Source: Polyangiaceae bacterium
Lineage (GTDB): Bacteria > Myxococcota_A > Polyangia > Polyangiales > Polyangiaceae
Length of the DNA stretch: 64,000 nt
Direction of reading: 5' to 3'
Assembly: GCA_965222375.1 (NCBI GenBank)
Contig: CBDCTZ010000014.1
Location: 384,001-448,000, forward strand
The position numbers were made by a program, and so were the translations under genes. Below are positions 1-9,673 of the stretch, in pieces. Each line of letters starts with the position of its first letter. Positions within the stretch are counted from its first letter, which is position 1. The notes under the pieces are model-generated. The model was not told the DNA's origin. It did not search any database and worked only from the letters and a program-made list of their open reading frames with translations.

Positions 1-232
<232 letters not shown>

Positions 233-338
233 GCTCCGCGAGTGGAGTGCAGGGGGCGCGGCGCCGAAAACTGGCGCTGCCGCCGGGCAAGTGCAAAACC
301 TTGGGCCTGTAGGCGTGCCCGGAAAGTAAGAGCAACCC

Positions 339-2171
339 ATGTGTGGCATCGTTGGATACGTCGGGTCGCGAGATGCTGCCCCCATCTTGCTCGATGGGCT
401 GCGCAAGTTGGAGTACCGCGGCTACGACTCGGCGGGGCTTGCCGTTCACGACGGCAAACAGATCGAGATACTGCGCACAGTCGGTAAGCTAGAAAACCTC
501 GACCGCGCCCTCAACTCCCAGCAACTCCATGGTGCTACCGGGCTGGGGCACACGCGCTGGGCCACCCATGGCCGCCCCAGCGAGCCCAATGCGCATCCTC
601 ACGCCGCGGGCAGTGTGGCTGTGGTGCACAACGGCATCATCGAAAACCACCTGGAACTCAAGCGCGAGCTGGAAGCGGATGGGGTTCGCTTTTCCAGTGA
701 CACGGACACGGAGATTGTCGCGCACCTCGTGGACCGCGCCCTGTCCAAGGGTGCGCAAGGGCTGATGCTCGCGGTGCGCGAGGCCCTTGGGAAAGTGCGC
801 GGCGCTTACGCCTTGGCCGTGATCTGTCGAGATGATCTCACGCGCATTGTAGTTGCGAAGAGCGCGTCTCCTTTGGTCCTGGGCGTGGGCGACGGCGAAA
901 TGTTGTGTGGTAGCGACATTCCGGCGCTGCTTGGTCACACCAAGCGCATGCTCTTTCTCGAAGACGGTGAGATGGCGGAGTTGACCGCCGACTCGTATCA
1001 CATCGAGACCATCGCCGGCGAGGCGGTGAAACGCCAGCCAAAGACCATCAACTGGACGCCCACCCAGGCGGAAAAAGGCGGCTACAAACACTTCATGCTC
1101 AAGGAGATCTTCGAGCAACCCCGAGCAGTGGAGGACACGCTGCGGGGTCGGATCTCGATCGAAGACGCCGCGGTCATCGAGGCGGAGTTAGGCATCGAAC
1201 ACAGCGCACTAGAAGAGGTCAGTCGGGTCCTCTTGCTGGCCTGCGGTACCAGCTTTCACGCCTCCCTGGTGGGGCGCTACTGGATCGAGCAGTTGGCGCG
1301 CTTGCCCGCGCACGCCGAGCTAGCCAGCGAAGTGCGCTACCGCGAGCCCGTTCTCGGGCCCCGAGACCTTGTGATTGCCGTGAGCCAATCCGGGGAAACG
1401 GCAGACACCCTGGCTGCAGTGCGCTCGGCTCGTGAGGCGGGCGCCCACGTGTTGAGCATTGCCAACGTTTTGGACAGCGCAATTCCACGAGTTTCCCACG
1501 GCACGCTGTATACCCACGCGGGGCCCGAGATTGGCGTGGCATCGACCAAGTGCTTCACCACTCAGTTGGTGGCGCTATTGTTGATTGCGGTGCATTTGGG
1601 CCGAACTCGGGGCAGGCTGTCGGAGCAGCGAGCGCGGGGCACGTTGCAGGCGCTGCTAGAGCTTCCGAATCACATGCGGGCAGCGCTTGCTCGGGATGAA
1701 GAAGCGGTCGAGGTGGCTCGCAGCTTTCAGCACACCGCCCACATGCTGTTTCTGGGTCGCGGTCTCGGTTTCCCGATTGCGCTCGAGGGCGCGCTGAAGC
1801 TCAAGGAGGTTTCGTATGCGCACGCGGAGGGCTACGCCGCGGGAGAAATGAAGCACGGCCCGATCGCGCTCATCGATTCAGACATGCCGGTGGTGGTAGT
1901 CATGCCGCGAGATGCGCAGTACGAGAAGACGTTGTCGAACGTGCAGGAAGTCATCGCCCGGGACGGACAAGTGATCGCCGTGGTCACGGAGGGCGACCAA
2001 GAAGCGACGCAGATAGCTCAACACACCATGGCTCTGCCCGCGGTGCCGGACGTCATCCTGCCCATGGTCAGCGTGCTGCCCCTGCAGCTGCTGGCGTATC
2101 ACGTCGCGGATCTCAAGGGCACGGATGTGGATCAGCCTCGCAACCTGGCCAAGACCGTCACGGTTGAATGA
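339..2171 (+). CDS. glmS: Glutamine--fructose-6-phosphate aminotransferase (isomerizing)
   Basis: N-terminal MCGIVG, LEYRGYDSAG, GHTRWATHG, two SIS domains, C-terminal PRNLAKTVTVE. Confidence 0.98.
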   Translation: MCGIVGYVGSRDAAPILLDGLRKLEYRGYDSAGLAVHDGKQIEILRTVGKLENLDRALNSQQLHGATGLGHTRWATHGRPSEPNAHPHAAGSVAVVHNGIIENHLELKRELEADGVRFSSDTDTEIVAHLVDRALSKGAQGLMLAVREALGKVRGAYALAVICRDDLTRIVVAKSASPLVLGVGDGEMLCGSDIPALLGHTKRMLFLEDGEMAELTADSYHIETIAGEAVKRQPKTINWTPTQAEKGGYKHFMLKEIFEQPRAVEDTLRGRISIEDAAVIEAELGIEHSALEEVSRVLLLACGTSFHASLVGRYWIEQLARLPAHAELASEVRYREPVLGPRDLVIAVSQSGETADTLAAVRSAREAGAHVLSIANVLDSAIPRVSHGTLYTHAGPEIGVASTKCFTTQLVALLLIAVHLGRTRGRLSEQRARGTLQALLELPNHMRAALARDEEAVEVARSFQHTAHMLFLGRGLGFPIALEGALKLKEVSYAHAEGYAAGEMKHGPIALIDSDMPVVVVMPRDAQYEKTLSNVQEVIARDGQVIAVVTEGDQEATQIAQHTMALPAVPDVILPMVSVLPLQLLAYHVADLKGTDVDQPRNLAKTVTVE

Positions 2172-2291
2172 GCGCGCAAGGAACGCGCGAAAATAGTTAA
2201 CAATTATGAGTGCTTAAGCCAAAAAGGGAACATCCGCCCTGCTGCCTCGAATCCGTGCTATTCGGCGCCGCGAGTCGTTGGTGAGCGAAGC

Positions 2292-3482
2292 ATGGCGAAC
2301 GGAGAGCCCCAATCGGTCCCCCCGCCGCGTCCGAAGCGCGGCGGCTCGGCGGCGCCGTCGCGTGCTTGGGTTTCCGGCCTATTCGTAGTTGCCTATCTCT
2401 TCTTCTTCTTGGTTGGCATCCGTGGCTTGGGGCAGGGCTTTCACGGTCTTGGCGCCGACCTGTTGGACAAGTTTTTTCACGCCACTGACAACCCATTCAC
2501 GGGTCTCGTCATCGGCATCTTGGGGACCACGTTAGTCCAAAGTTCATCAGTCACCACCTCCATGGTTGTCGCCATGGTGGCTGCGCCGGAGCATGCGCTT
2601 CCAATTCAAAACGCCGTTCCAATCATCATGGGCGCAAATATCGGCACCACGGTGACCAACAGCGTTGTCTCTCTTGGACATCTGTCTCGCCCCGACGAGT
2701 TTCGTCGCGCTTTCTCCACTGCCACCTGCCACGACTTCTTCAACTTCATCGTGGTGAGCACCCTGTTGCCGTTGGAGCTGATGACGGGCTTCTTGACGAA
2801 GAGCAGTGCCGCTCTCACCAGCGTGTTGGGGCTGACGGGTGGAGGCAGCAAGCTGCCGAACCCGATCAAGACGGCGACCAAAGCCGCTGTGGCGCCGATT
2901 CAGGATGGGATTGGAGCCCTCGTCACGGCGCCGCGGGCTGCGGCGGTGGTGCTGATCATCGTATCCGGCGTGGTGATCTTCACGGCGCTGTTCCTCATCG
3001 TGCGTACGCTTCGGAATCTGGCCGCGGGGAGGCTACAGAACTACATCGCCCGGTCCTTGGACTCGAGCGCCTGGGTTGGCCTGTTGGTTGGGGTGGTGGT
3101 GACTGTGATGGTGCAGTCAAGCAGCATCACGACTAGCGTGCTGGTGCCTCTTGCCGGCGCTGGGATCATCACTTTGCGCCAGGCATTTCCGATCACACTA
3201 GGTGCGAATATCGGGACCACGTTCACGGCTCTCATCGCCAGTACGGCTGGCGCTGCCGAAACGGCTCATCTCGGCGTGCAGATCGCACTGGTACACCTTC
3301 TGTTCAACCTGACGGGGACGTTGATGGTTTACCCGTTCCAATTCACTCGGCGTATCCCTTTGCGCCTTGCGGAGTGGCTTGGAGACGTCGCTGTGCGTTC
3401 TCGAAAAGCGGCGCTAGTGTATGTCGTTGGGATGTTCTACGGACTACCGGCGCTGCTGGTCTTCGTTTCCAGGTACTTCTAG
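2292..3482 (+). CDS. Na+/phosphate cotransporter (SLC34/NptA family)
   Basis: Two inverted-repeat motifs VQSSS...MGANIGTT and VQSSS...LGANIGTT; many transmembrane segments. Confidence 0.9.
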   Translation: MANGEPQSVPPPRPKRGGSAAPSRAWVSGLFVVAYLFFFLVGIRGLGQGFHGLGADLLDKFFHATDNPFTGLVIGILGTTLVQSSSVTTSMVVAMVAAPEHALPIQNAVPIIMGANIGTTVTNSVVSLGHLSRPDEFRRAFSTATCHDFFNFIVVSTLLPLELMTGFLTKSSAALTSVLGLTGGGSKLPNPIKTATKAAVAPIQDGIGALVTAPRAAAVVLIIVSGVVIFTALFLIVRTLRNLAAGRLQNYIARSLDSSAWVGLLVGVVVTVMVQSSSITTSVLVPLAGAGIITLRQAFPITLGANIGTTFTALIASTAGAAETAHLGVQIALVHLLFNLTGTLMVYPFQFTRRIPLRLAEWLGDVAVRSRKAALVYVVGMFYGLPALLVFVSRYF

Positions 3483-3497
3483 GTAGGGGCAAACGCA

Positions 3498-4172
3498 GTG
3501 CTACAAGAAATTCTGAACATTTTTCGAGGCAAGCACCCGCAGGAACACGCGACGCGGGGATTCGAGAAGATGCTCGACCTCTCTCGCGAGATGATTCTCG
3601 AGGCGTGCGAGGTGTACTGGGGCCGCGAGTTTTCGCCCGAGCAACGCACCCGCCTCTACGACAAGGACGTACAGCTGAACAAACTCCAACGCACCGTGCG
3701 CAAACACGTAGTGACTCAGCTTTCGGGTCCCGTGCCGTCGAATGTGCCTTGGGGACTGCTGCTCATGAGCCTGGTAAAGGATGTCGAACGCATCGGGGAC
3801 TATGCGAAGAACCTCACCGAGCTGTCGATCTGGTGCCCCAGCGCGTTGCCCGATGACGAGATCTCCGGCGAGCTTCGAGAAATCACCAAGGCGGTTACCT
3901 CCCTAGCCAACGAAGCTCCCGACGTGTTTCGCAACTCCGATGGTGAGCGCGCGCGGGAGCTGGTTGTCGAGGGGCGAAGCCTGTCACGACGCTGCGACGA
4001 GCTATTGAGAAAGATTGCAAAGAGCGACTACAACGCCGAAGTCGCCACAAAGATGGCGGTGGGTGCGCGATTTCTAAAGCGTGTCGAGGGGCATTGGCTC
4101 AACCTCTTGACGGCAGTGATCATGCCGCTGCACAAGCTCGACTACTACGACGAGTCTGCCCTTTCAGGCTGA
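3498..4172 (+). CDS. PhoU-domain protein
   Basis: GTG start; helical repeat with DVQLN...KDVERIGDYAKN motif; directly downstream of the Na/Pi transporter. Confidence 0.8.
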   Translation: MLQEILNIFRGKHPQEHATRGFEKMLDLSREMILEACEVYWGREFSPEQRTRLYDKDVQLNKLQRTVRKHVVTQLSGPVPSNVPWGLLLMSLVKDVERIGDYAKNLTELSIWCPSALPDDEISGELREITKAVTSLANEAPDVFRNSDGERARELVVEGRSLSRRCDELLRKIAKSDYNAEVATKMAVGARFLKRVEGHWLNLLTAVIMPLHKLDYYDESALSG

Positions 4173-4235
4173 GGAGGCGCAGGGGCTAGCCTCGTGCTTG
4201 ACGGCGCGCGGTGGATCTTGCTCTTCTAATACGCC

Positions 4236-4991
4236 ATGCACCGACACTGGATCCTGTTGATCGGGCTCGTTTCCTGCGGGGGAGCCAAGCCCGCCGCTGC
4301 ACCGGCTGCGAGTGCACCGGGCGAGACCGAGGCCGCGGACAGCGCGCAACAGCCCGAACCCGAGGGCGATGCCTCTGCCGACGCGGAGGAAGTAGCTCCT
4401 GCCACTCTGCCCAAGAAGTGCGCCAAGCAGGACGGTGACAAGTGTCTGCCCGACGGCAGGTTCGTAACCAAGCTGTGCCAGGGCAACTTCCCGAGCGTGG
4501 CCCTGGCCATGTTTCAGAAGTCGATGCCCTGGACGCGAGGCTATTTGACCCGCAAGACCAAGGCTTGGAACGCCTCCGGCGGGGCTTCCGATACCGGCGA
4601 ACTAGCGTTCGATGAAGAGGTGCTGGTGCTTCGTCACCGCTCGGCGGACATGGGAGGCATGCAGGTCAGCGGCGCGGGGGGCGGCTACGACGCTCTCCGT
4701 TGGAACGGTTCCTGCGTGACCTTGGCTGCCGAAGAGCTGACCCTGAAGCTGCCGCCCAAAGCGAAGCATTCCAAGGTGGAGTGGCGGTTTTTGGACGACA
4801 ACACCCAAGAAGCCCTGCGCAACGACGAGAAAGTGGACGCCGCCTACAAGGCGCGCCGGAAAGAGTGCAAGGGCGCGACCATGGGCACGGTGAGCTTGAA
4901 ATGCGTGAAAGCCGACGCCAAGCTCAGCAATGTCATCGTCAAGTACGTTCGTGACGGCGGTGCCGTTCCTGATCCGGAGAAGTTACCCTGA
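4236..4991 (+). CDS. Hypothetical Cys-containing lipoprotein
   Basis: Lipobox LVSC after a short hydrophobic stretch, Ala/Pro/Glu linker, several Cys. Confidence 0.75.
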   Translation: MHRHWILLIGLVSCGGAKPAAAPAASAPGETEAADSAQQPEPEGDASADAEEVAPATLPKKCAKQDGDKCLPDGRFVTKLCQGNFPSVALAMFQKSMPWTRGYLTRKTKAWNASGGASDTGELAFDEEVLVLRHRSADMGGMQVSGAGGGYDALRWNGSCVTLAAEELTLKLPPKAKHSKVEWRFLDDNTQEALRNDEKVDAAYKARRKECKGATMGTVSLKCVKADAKLSNVIVKYVRDGGAVPDPEKLP

Positions 4992-5323
4992 TGTTGACGG
5001 AGTTCCTCCAGCTGGCGTCGACGGAGCTAGGCAAACGCGTCGTTCAGACCGTAAGCGAGGTGTCCGCTGACGAGGCCAAGAGCACTCTCAAAGCCTTGGC
5101 GCGCACAGGCGTGGGCGGGGCCTCAGTGGTTCCCGGTGCTGGGGTCTTTGTCGCGGGCGTGGTGCTCGGGGCGAGCCTCGGCGTGCTATTCGCGCCCCGT
5201 TCAGGTCGAGAAACCCGTCGCGTGCTGAAAGGCACGCTCCAGCGACTCAGCGGGCGAGTTCGCCCGGCCCGCTCGAAAGAAGTCGAAGTCGTCGAGCGTG
5301 TAGTCGTTTCCGAGCGCAGCTGA
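4991..5323 (+). CDS. YtxH-like small membrane protein
   Basis: FVAGVVLGASLGVLFAPRSGRETR matches the YtxH pattern (G..G..LLAP.SG.ETR); TGATG coupling to the upstream gene. Confidence 0.7.
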   Translation: MLTEFLQLASTELGKRVVQTVSEVSADEAKSTLKALARTGVGGASVVPGAGVFVAGVVLGASLGVLFAPRSGRETRRVLKGTLQRLSGRVRPARSKEVEVVERVVVSERS

Positions 5324-5397
5324 AGCGGCATGGTTCCGCGTCCATCGCCCGCGGAATTCGGCTATGGTCGGCGCCCCCGAAAAGGGGAGGAGGTTCC

Positions 5398-6165
5398 ATG
5401 GATCCGAAAGACCGTGTTGCAATCATCACCGGGGGAGCATCTGGACTCGGCGCTGCGACCGCACGCGCCTTCGTGCAGCGGGGTGGGCGTGTCGTGCTTG
5501 CCGACAAAGCCAAGGAGCCCGGGGAAGCACTGGCCAAGGAGCTCGGAGATGCCGCGCGCTTTGTCGAAGCAGATGTAACCAGCGAAGACGCCCTCAACGG
5601 CGCGCTGGACGTCGCGGAAAAGGACCTCGGTGGAGTGCATGTCGCGGTGGGTTGCGCCGGCATTGGAACCGCGGGTCGCTTGGTCGGCAAGCATGGACCG
5701 TTTCCTTTGGATCTCTTCACACTCACCATTCAGGTGAACCTGATCGGCATGTTCAACCTGCTTCGCTTGGGCGCCGCTCGCATGATGCAGAACGAACCGA
5801 ACCCGCAAGGTGAGCGTGGCGTGATGATCACCACTGCGTCGATCGCTGCCTTCGACGGGCAAATCGGTCAGGTCGCGTACAGCGCTTCCAAAGCAGGCGT
5901 GGTGGGAATGACCCTTCCTATTGCCCGGGAGCTGGCCAAGTTCGGTATCCGAGTGACGACGATTGCCCCTGGTCTCTTCGATACGCCCATGATGGCGGGG
6001 TTGCCTGCGGAAGCGCGGACTTCTCTGGAAGCAACCGTGCCCTTCCCGCCTCGACTCGGAGACCCGGCCGAGTTTGCCCAACTCAGCTTGAACATCGTGG
6101 AAAACCCCATGCTCAACGGAGAAACCATCCGGCTGGATGGTGCCCTGCGCATGGCGCCGCGCTGA
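5398..6165 (+). CDS. Short-chain dehydrogenase, 3-hydroxyacyl-CoA dehydrogenase type 2 (HSD10-like)
   Basis: TGGASGLG, ASIAAFDGQIGQVAYSASK (YxxxK), NGETIRLDGALRM; GGAGG RBS upstream. Confidence 0.93.
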   Translation: MDPKDRVAIITGGASGLGAATARAFVQRGGRVVLADKAKEPGEALAKELGDAARFVEADVTSEDALNGALDVAEKDLGGVHVAVGCAGIGTAGRLVGKHGPFPLDLFTLTIQVNLIGMFNLLRLGAARMMQNEPNPQGERGVMITTASIAAFDGQIGQVAYSASKAGVVGMTLPIARELAKFGIRVTTIAPGLFDTPMMAGLPAEARTSLEATVPFPPRLGDPAEFAQLSLNIVENPMLNGETIRLDGALRMAPR

Positions 6166-6278
6166 ACCCCGCGGAAACCGCTGCAGTTCCATGTCAAGCA
6201 TGGGTTGCCCTGGCGCACGCCCACGGCGCCCGGGTCCCACGCCGCAGTCGTGTGGTGATCGTTCGAGCCCCGTGATGA

Positions 6279-7628
6279 TTAGCGCATGGTGACGAGTTCT
6301 TCGGCGGCCGTTGGGTGGATGGCTACCGTGCGGTCGAAATCGGCTTTGGTCGCACCCATCCTGAGGGCCACAGCGAAGCCTTGAATCATCTCGTCTGCGC
6401 CGAGCCCAATCACGTGGATGCCGGCAATCTTCTCGTGCGGGCCGATGGTAACCAGTTTCATGGCGGTCTTTGGTTTGTGCTCTGTGAGCGCATGAAACAT
6501 GTTCGTGAACGTAGTCGTATAGACTTTCACATCGTCGCGACCATAGAGCTCATGTGCTTCATCTTCGGTTAGGCCTACGGTTCCGATGGGTGGGTGGCTA
6601 AAGACGACGCTGGCGATACAGTCGTAGTCCAGCTTGCTATCCGGATTATTGCCGAAAACGCGATCCGCCAGACGGCGCCCCGCGGCAATCGCGACCGGCG
6701 TGAGCTGAGCACGGCCAGTCACGTCCCCCACCGCATAAACCTGCGCCGCGCTCGTGTTCTGAAAGTCATCCACCACGACCTGCCCGAGGGAGTCCACCTC
6801 CACGCCGGCAGCCTGCAACCCCAGGGCTGGCGTTGCAGGGGAGCGTCCGATGGCCCAAAGCAGTCCATCGAAACCCGGATGCTGCGTACCGTCCTGACTG
6901 ATCAGGTTCAGCTTCGAGTCCGCGCCCCGCTCGACCCGAGCGAGATGGATGCAAGAGACGATACCGACTCCTGCGGCGGACATCTCTTCCATCAAGGTTT
7001 CCCGCAGTAGGGAGTCGAAGCTGCGAAGCAGTTGTTCCTTTCGCAACAGCAGGGTTACCTGGCTACCCAGCGCATTGAGCACCCCGGCGATTTCGACCGC
7101 TATGTAGCCAGCGCCAACGACGGCAACATGCGCGGGGCGCCGTTCGAGTTCGAAAAAACCGTCCGACGTGAAGCCGTGCTCGGCCCCGGGAAGTTTCGGG
7201 ATCTTCGGTGCGCCACCGACGGCAATCACGACGTGCTCGGCCTCGATGCGCTTGCCATCCACTTCTACCGCCCGGGGGTCGCAGAAGCGAGCGATGCCTT
7301 GAATGTGTTCCACCTCTGACACGCCCAGGTTGCGTGCGTAGATCTGGTTGAGCCGAGCGACGTAGGCGTCCCGACGCAGCTTGAAGCTACCCCAGTCGAA
7401 ACTTCCAGGCGCGACATCGAAACCGTACTCTCGGGCTGCGACGACCGATTCCGAGAGAACCGCAGCGTTCCACATGATCTTCTTGGGCACGCAACCGACG
7501 TTGACGCAGGTACCGCCCAAGCGGCCTTTCTCGATCAAGCAGACTCTTGCGCCGTGCTGGGCCGCGCGCCGCGCGGCCGCGATCCCGCCACTGCCTCCTC
7601 CGATCACCAACAGGTCGTAATGCTGCAT
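6279..7628 (-). CDS. gor: Glutathione-disulfide reductase
   Basis: GGGSGG FAD motif, [13 protein letters not shown] redox disulfide, GAGYIAVE, C-terminal [12 protein letters not shown]. Confidence 0.95.
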   Translation of the reverse strand: MQHYDLLVIGGGSGGIAAARRAAQHGARVCLIEKGRLGGTCVNVGCVPKKIMWNAAVLSESVVAAREYGFDVAPGSFDWGSFKLRRDAYVARLNQIYARNLGVSEVEHIQGIARFCDPRAVEVDGKRIEAEHVVIAVGGAPKIPKLPGAEHGFTSDGFFELERRPAHVAVVGAGYIAVEIAGVLNALGSQVTLLLRKEQLLRSFDSLLRETLMEEMSAAGVGIVSCIHLARVERGADSKLNLISQDGTQHPGFDGLLWAIGRSPATPALGLQAAGVEVDSLGQVVVDDFQNTSAAQVYAVGDVTGRAQLTPVAIAAGRRLADRVFGNNPDSKLDYDCIASVVFSHPPIGTVGLTEDEAHELYGRDDVKVYTTTFTNMFHALTEHKPKTAMKLVTIGPHEKIAGIHVIGLGADEMIQGFAVALRMGATKADFDRTVAIHPTAAEELVTMR

Positions 7629-7674
7629 GCTGGGCAGTGTAGGTAAACTAGGGAGCGTCAGGTGTATCAGTATA

Positions 7675-7695
7675 GGGTAGGTGCAACACCTACCC
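7675..7695. promoter_or_regulatory. Perfect 9-bp inverted repeat upstream of gor (operator or terminator hairpin)
   Basis: GGGTAGGTG-CAA-CACCTACCC; followed on the minus strand by TATACT (7674-7669). Confidence 0.45.
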
Positions 7696-7722
7696 GGTTT
7701 CTGGACGGCAGCGAGGTCAGCC

Positions 7723-8088
7723 TCATAGATTTCTCCGAGTGATCTCGGCGAGGACTTCGCGGATTTCCATCCGGCCGAAGGGTTTCACCAATAGTGGGCG
7801 GGCAACGAGGCCCTGGGCCCGCCTCGCGACCGGGGTCGCTGGCGTTCCGGTCATGAATACGGTTTGGGCGCATAGGGCAGGGCGGTGGGTAGCCATCCAG
7901 TCGAACAGGTCCGTGCCCGAAAGACCCGGCAGCGTCAGGTCGCTGATTACTGCGTCAAAATGCCAGTTTCGAGCCAGCACTAGAATCGCGTCTTCGACGC
8001 TGGTGCAACGCTCCACCCCGTGGGGGCTCAAGACTCGTTCCAGGGCGGCGCCGATCAGGGGCTCGTCATCGACGACCAGGAAGCGCAT
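7723..8088 (-). CDS. Single-domain response regulator (receiver)
   Basis: MRFLVVDDE...[14 protein letters not shown]...FMTG...KPF; all receiver residues present; start reassigned to ATG 8088. Confidence 0.85.
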   Translation of the reverse strand: MRFLVVDDEPLIGAALERVLSPHGVERCTSVEDAILVLARNWHFDAVISDLTLPGLSGTDLFDWMATHRPALCAQTVFMTGTPATPVARRAQGLVARPLLVKPFGRMEIREVLAEITRRNL

Positions 8089-8325
8089 TCGCGGTTCTTT
8101 CACGCGCCTGTGTCCGTAGTCCGATTGTTCATGCGGTGTCGCCTGGCTGAACTGCCAGGTCGGATGTTTGCCCTTCGTTTCCGCGAAATTGTAGCCGGAG
8201 TGGCGATGAGCAGGCACTCGCCCTCGTTCCGGCACCCTGTCACCCGCGCCAGTTGTGCGCTCAAGGTGCGCGGACGAAGGTCGTTCTCGAGGGTGAGGGG
8301 GACCGTTGCCTACAGACCGACCCAC

Positions 8326-9186
8326 ATGACCAAATCGCGTGCTCCGCGCAAGCCTGCGCTCCAGCTCGGGCGAGATAAAGACAGCTCAGACGGTCCGCGC
8401 ATGCTAATTGACGGTGCTGGGCAACTGCGTTCGACAGCCGGGGGATTCGTCGAGCTACTGGAAGCCCACGGCGCTACGACGCAATTGGCGCACTCGGCAT
8501 TGAAGCGTCGGTTCCAGGACGTGCGCGCGGCGATCGCGGCGGCGCAGGACGGCAAGCCAGCCTTGGTGTCTTTCAGCATGCGTCGGGCGCCCAAACGGCA
8601 ACTCACGTTCAGTGTCCACCCAAAGCGCCCCGGAGCGGTCTTGAAGCTGGAGCGCCTAGCCGTCGGTGCGCCCATGACCCGCCAGCTGGGCTACGAAGTG
8701 ACGTCCACGCGGCGCGACTTTGGCCGCTTGCTCGCGGTGTACAATAACGGCACACGGCTCCCCACCCTGGGCGTGTGTTGCTACGAGCAGTTCGCGGGTT
8801 CGGACACCCCATGCGGCGGTTGCCCGGTGCAGGAGCTTCGCGGGGGCAGCGCGCAAGCCGCGGGAGTATTGCACGGCCTTTCCTTGCCCCAGTGGGTCGC
8901 TCACGCTCAACGGATTTCGCGATCTGTCGCGCTCGTGCGAGGAGTGCCCTTGGAGGACCCTCACGTCAGCCGCGTCGTGCGCGGGAGAATCGAACGAGCC
9001 GTGGACAAGGCGCGGCTCTCGTCTCGAGAGCAGAGTGTGTTGGATCTGTTGCTGTTGGGCCGAAGTCTGGACCAGATTGCGGCTCTGCTCGGCATTACTC
9101 CGCGCACGGTCCGCTTTCATGTTGGAAATATCCTGACCAAGTTTGGCGCAGACTCTCGCGCAGATCTTGTTCGCCTGTTGTTGTGA
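8326..9186 (+). CDS. LuxR-family HTH transcriptional regulator with Cys-rich sensor segment
   Basis: C-terminal LSSREQSVLDLLLLGRSLDQIAALLGITPRTVRFHVGNILTKFG; internal CCYEQFAGSDTPCGGCP; start uncertain (8326 or 8401). Confidence 0.8.
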   Translation: MTKSRAPRKPALQLGRDKDSSDGPRMLIDGAGQLRSTAGGFVELLEAHGATTQLAHSALKRRFQDVRAAIAAAQDGKPALVSFSMRRAPKRQLTFSVHPKRPGAVLKLERLAVGAPMTRQLGYEVTSTRRDFGRLLAVYNNGTRLPTLGVCCYEQFAGSDTPCGGCPVQELRGGSAQAAGVLHGLSLPQWVAHAQRISRSVALVRGVPLEDPHVSRVVRGRIERAVDKARLSSREQSVLDLLLLGRSLDQIAALLGITPRTVRFHVGNILTKFGADSRADLVRLLL

Positions 9187-9274
9187 CACCGGCCCATTTG
9201 TTGCAGAAATGGCCATTTCCTCGGCTGGCGCCAGAGGAGACGCCCCGCGCGTTCGATGCAAAACTAGCGCTGGC

Positions 9275-9673
9275 ATGACGACGCCACCAACGAGCCCCCC
9301 GAGCGTGGACTATCTTCGCAGGGATGCGAGCCTGCGCATGCTTGCATTTGGGATCGCATTCTTGGTGCTCGCCGGCAGCCTGTTCGTGTCGTTTTGGGTG
9401 ACTCCGGAAAGCCTGGACTCCGGCGCGATCGCGCTTTGGCCCACGTGCTTGTTCCGCCGAGTATTCGGCATGCCATGCCCAACCTGCGGTCTGACGAGGG
9501 CATTTGCTGCGATCAGCCACGGGCAGCTGGATGATGCGCTAAGATTCCACGCCGCGGCACTATGGATCTACACCGCCTTCTGGCTCGGTGCGGTGGCGTC
9601 TTGCGTGGCGTTGTTCCGCGCAGCCTGGGAGCGCTACGGGCGCTTGCGGAAGACAGCACCGAGATCCCACTGA
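9275..9673 (+). CDS. DUF2752-like membrane protein
   Basis: CLFRRVFGMPCPTCGLTRAF motif flanked by transmembrane helices; start reassigned to ATG 9275. Confidence 0.85.
   Translation: MTTPPTSPPSVDYLRRDASLRMLAFGIAFLVLAGSLFVSFWVTPESLDSGAIALWPTCLFRRVFGMPCPTCGLTRAFAAISHGQLDDALRFHAAALWIYTAFWLGAVASCVALFRAAWERYGRLRKTAPRSH

Noticed and set aside
233..338. glmS ribozyme upstream of glmS (GCGCCGAAAACT resembles its 5' end)
   Set aside because: The conserved GACGAGG core is absent and the spacer is short; only generic hairpins are supportable
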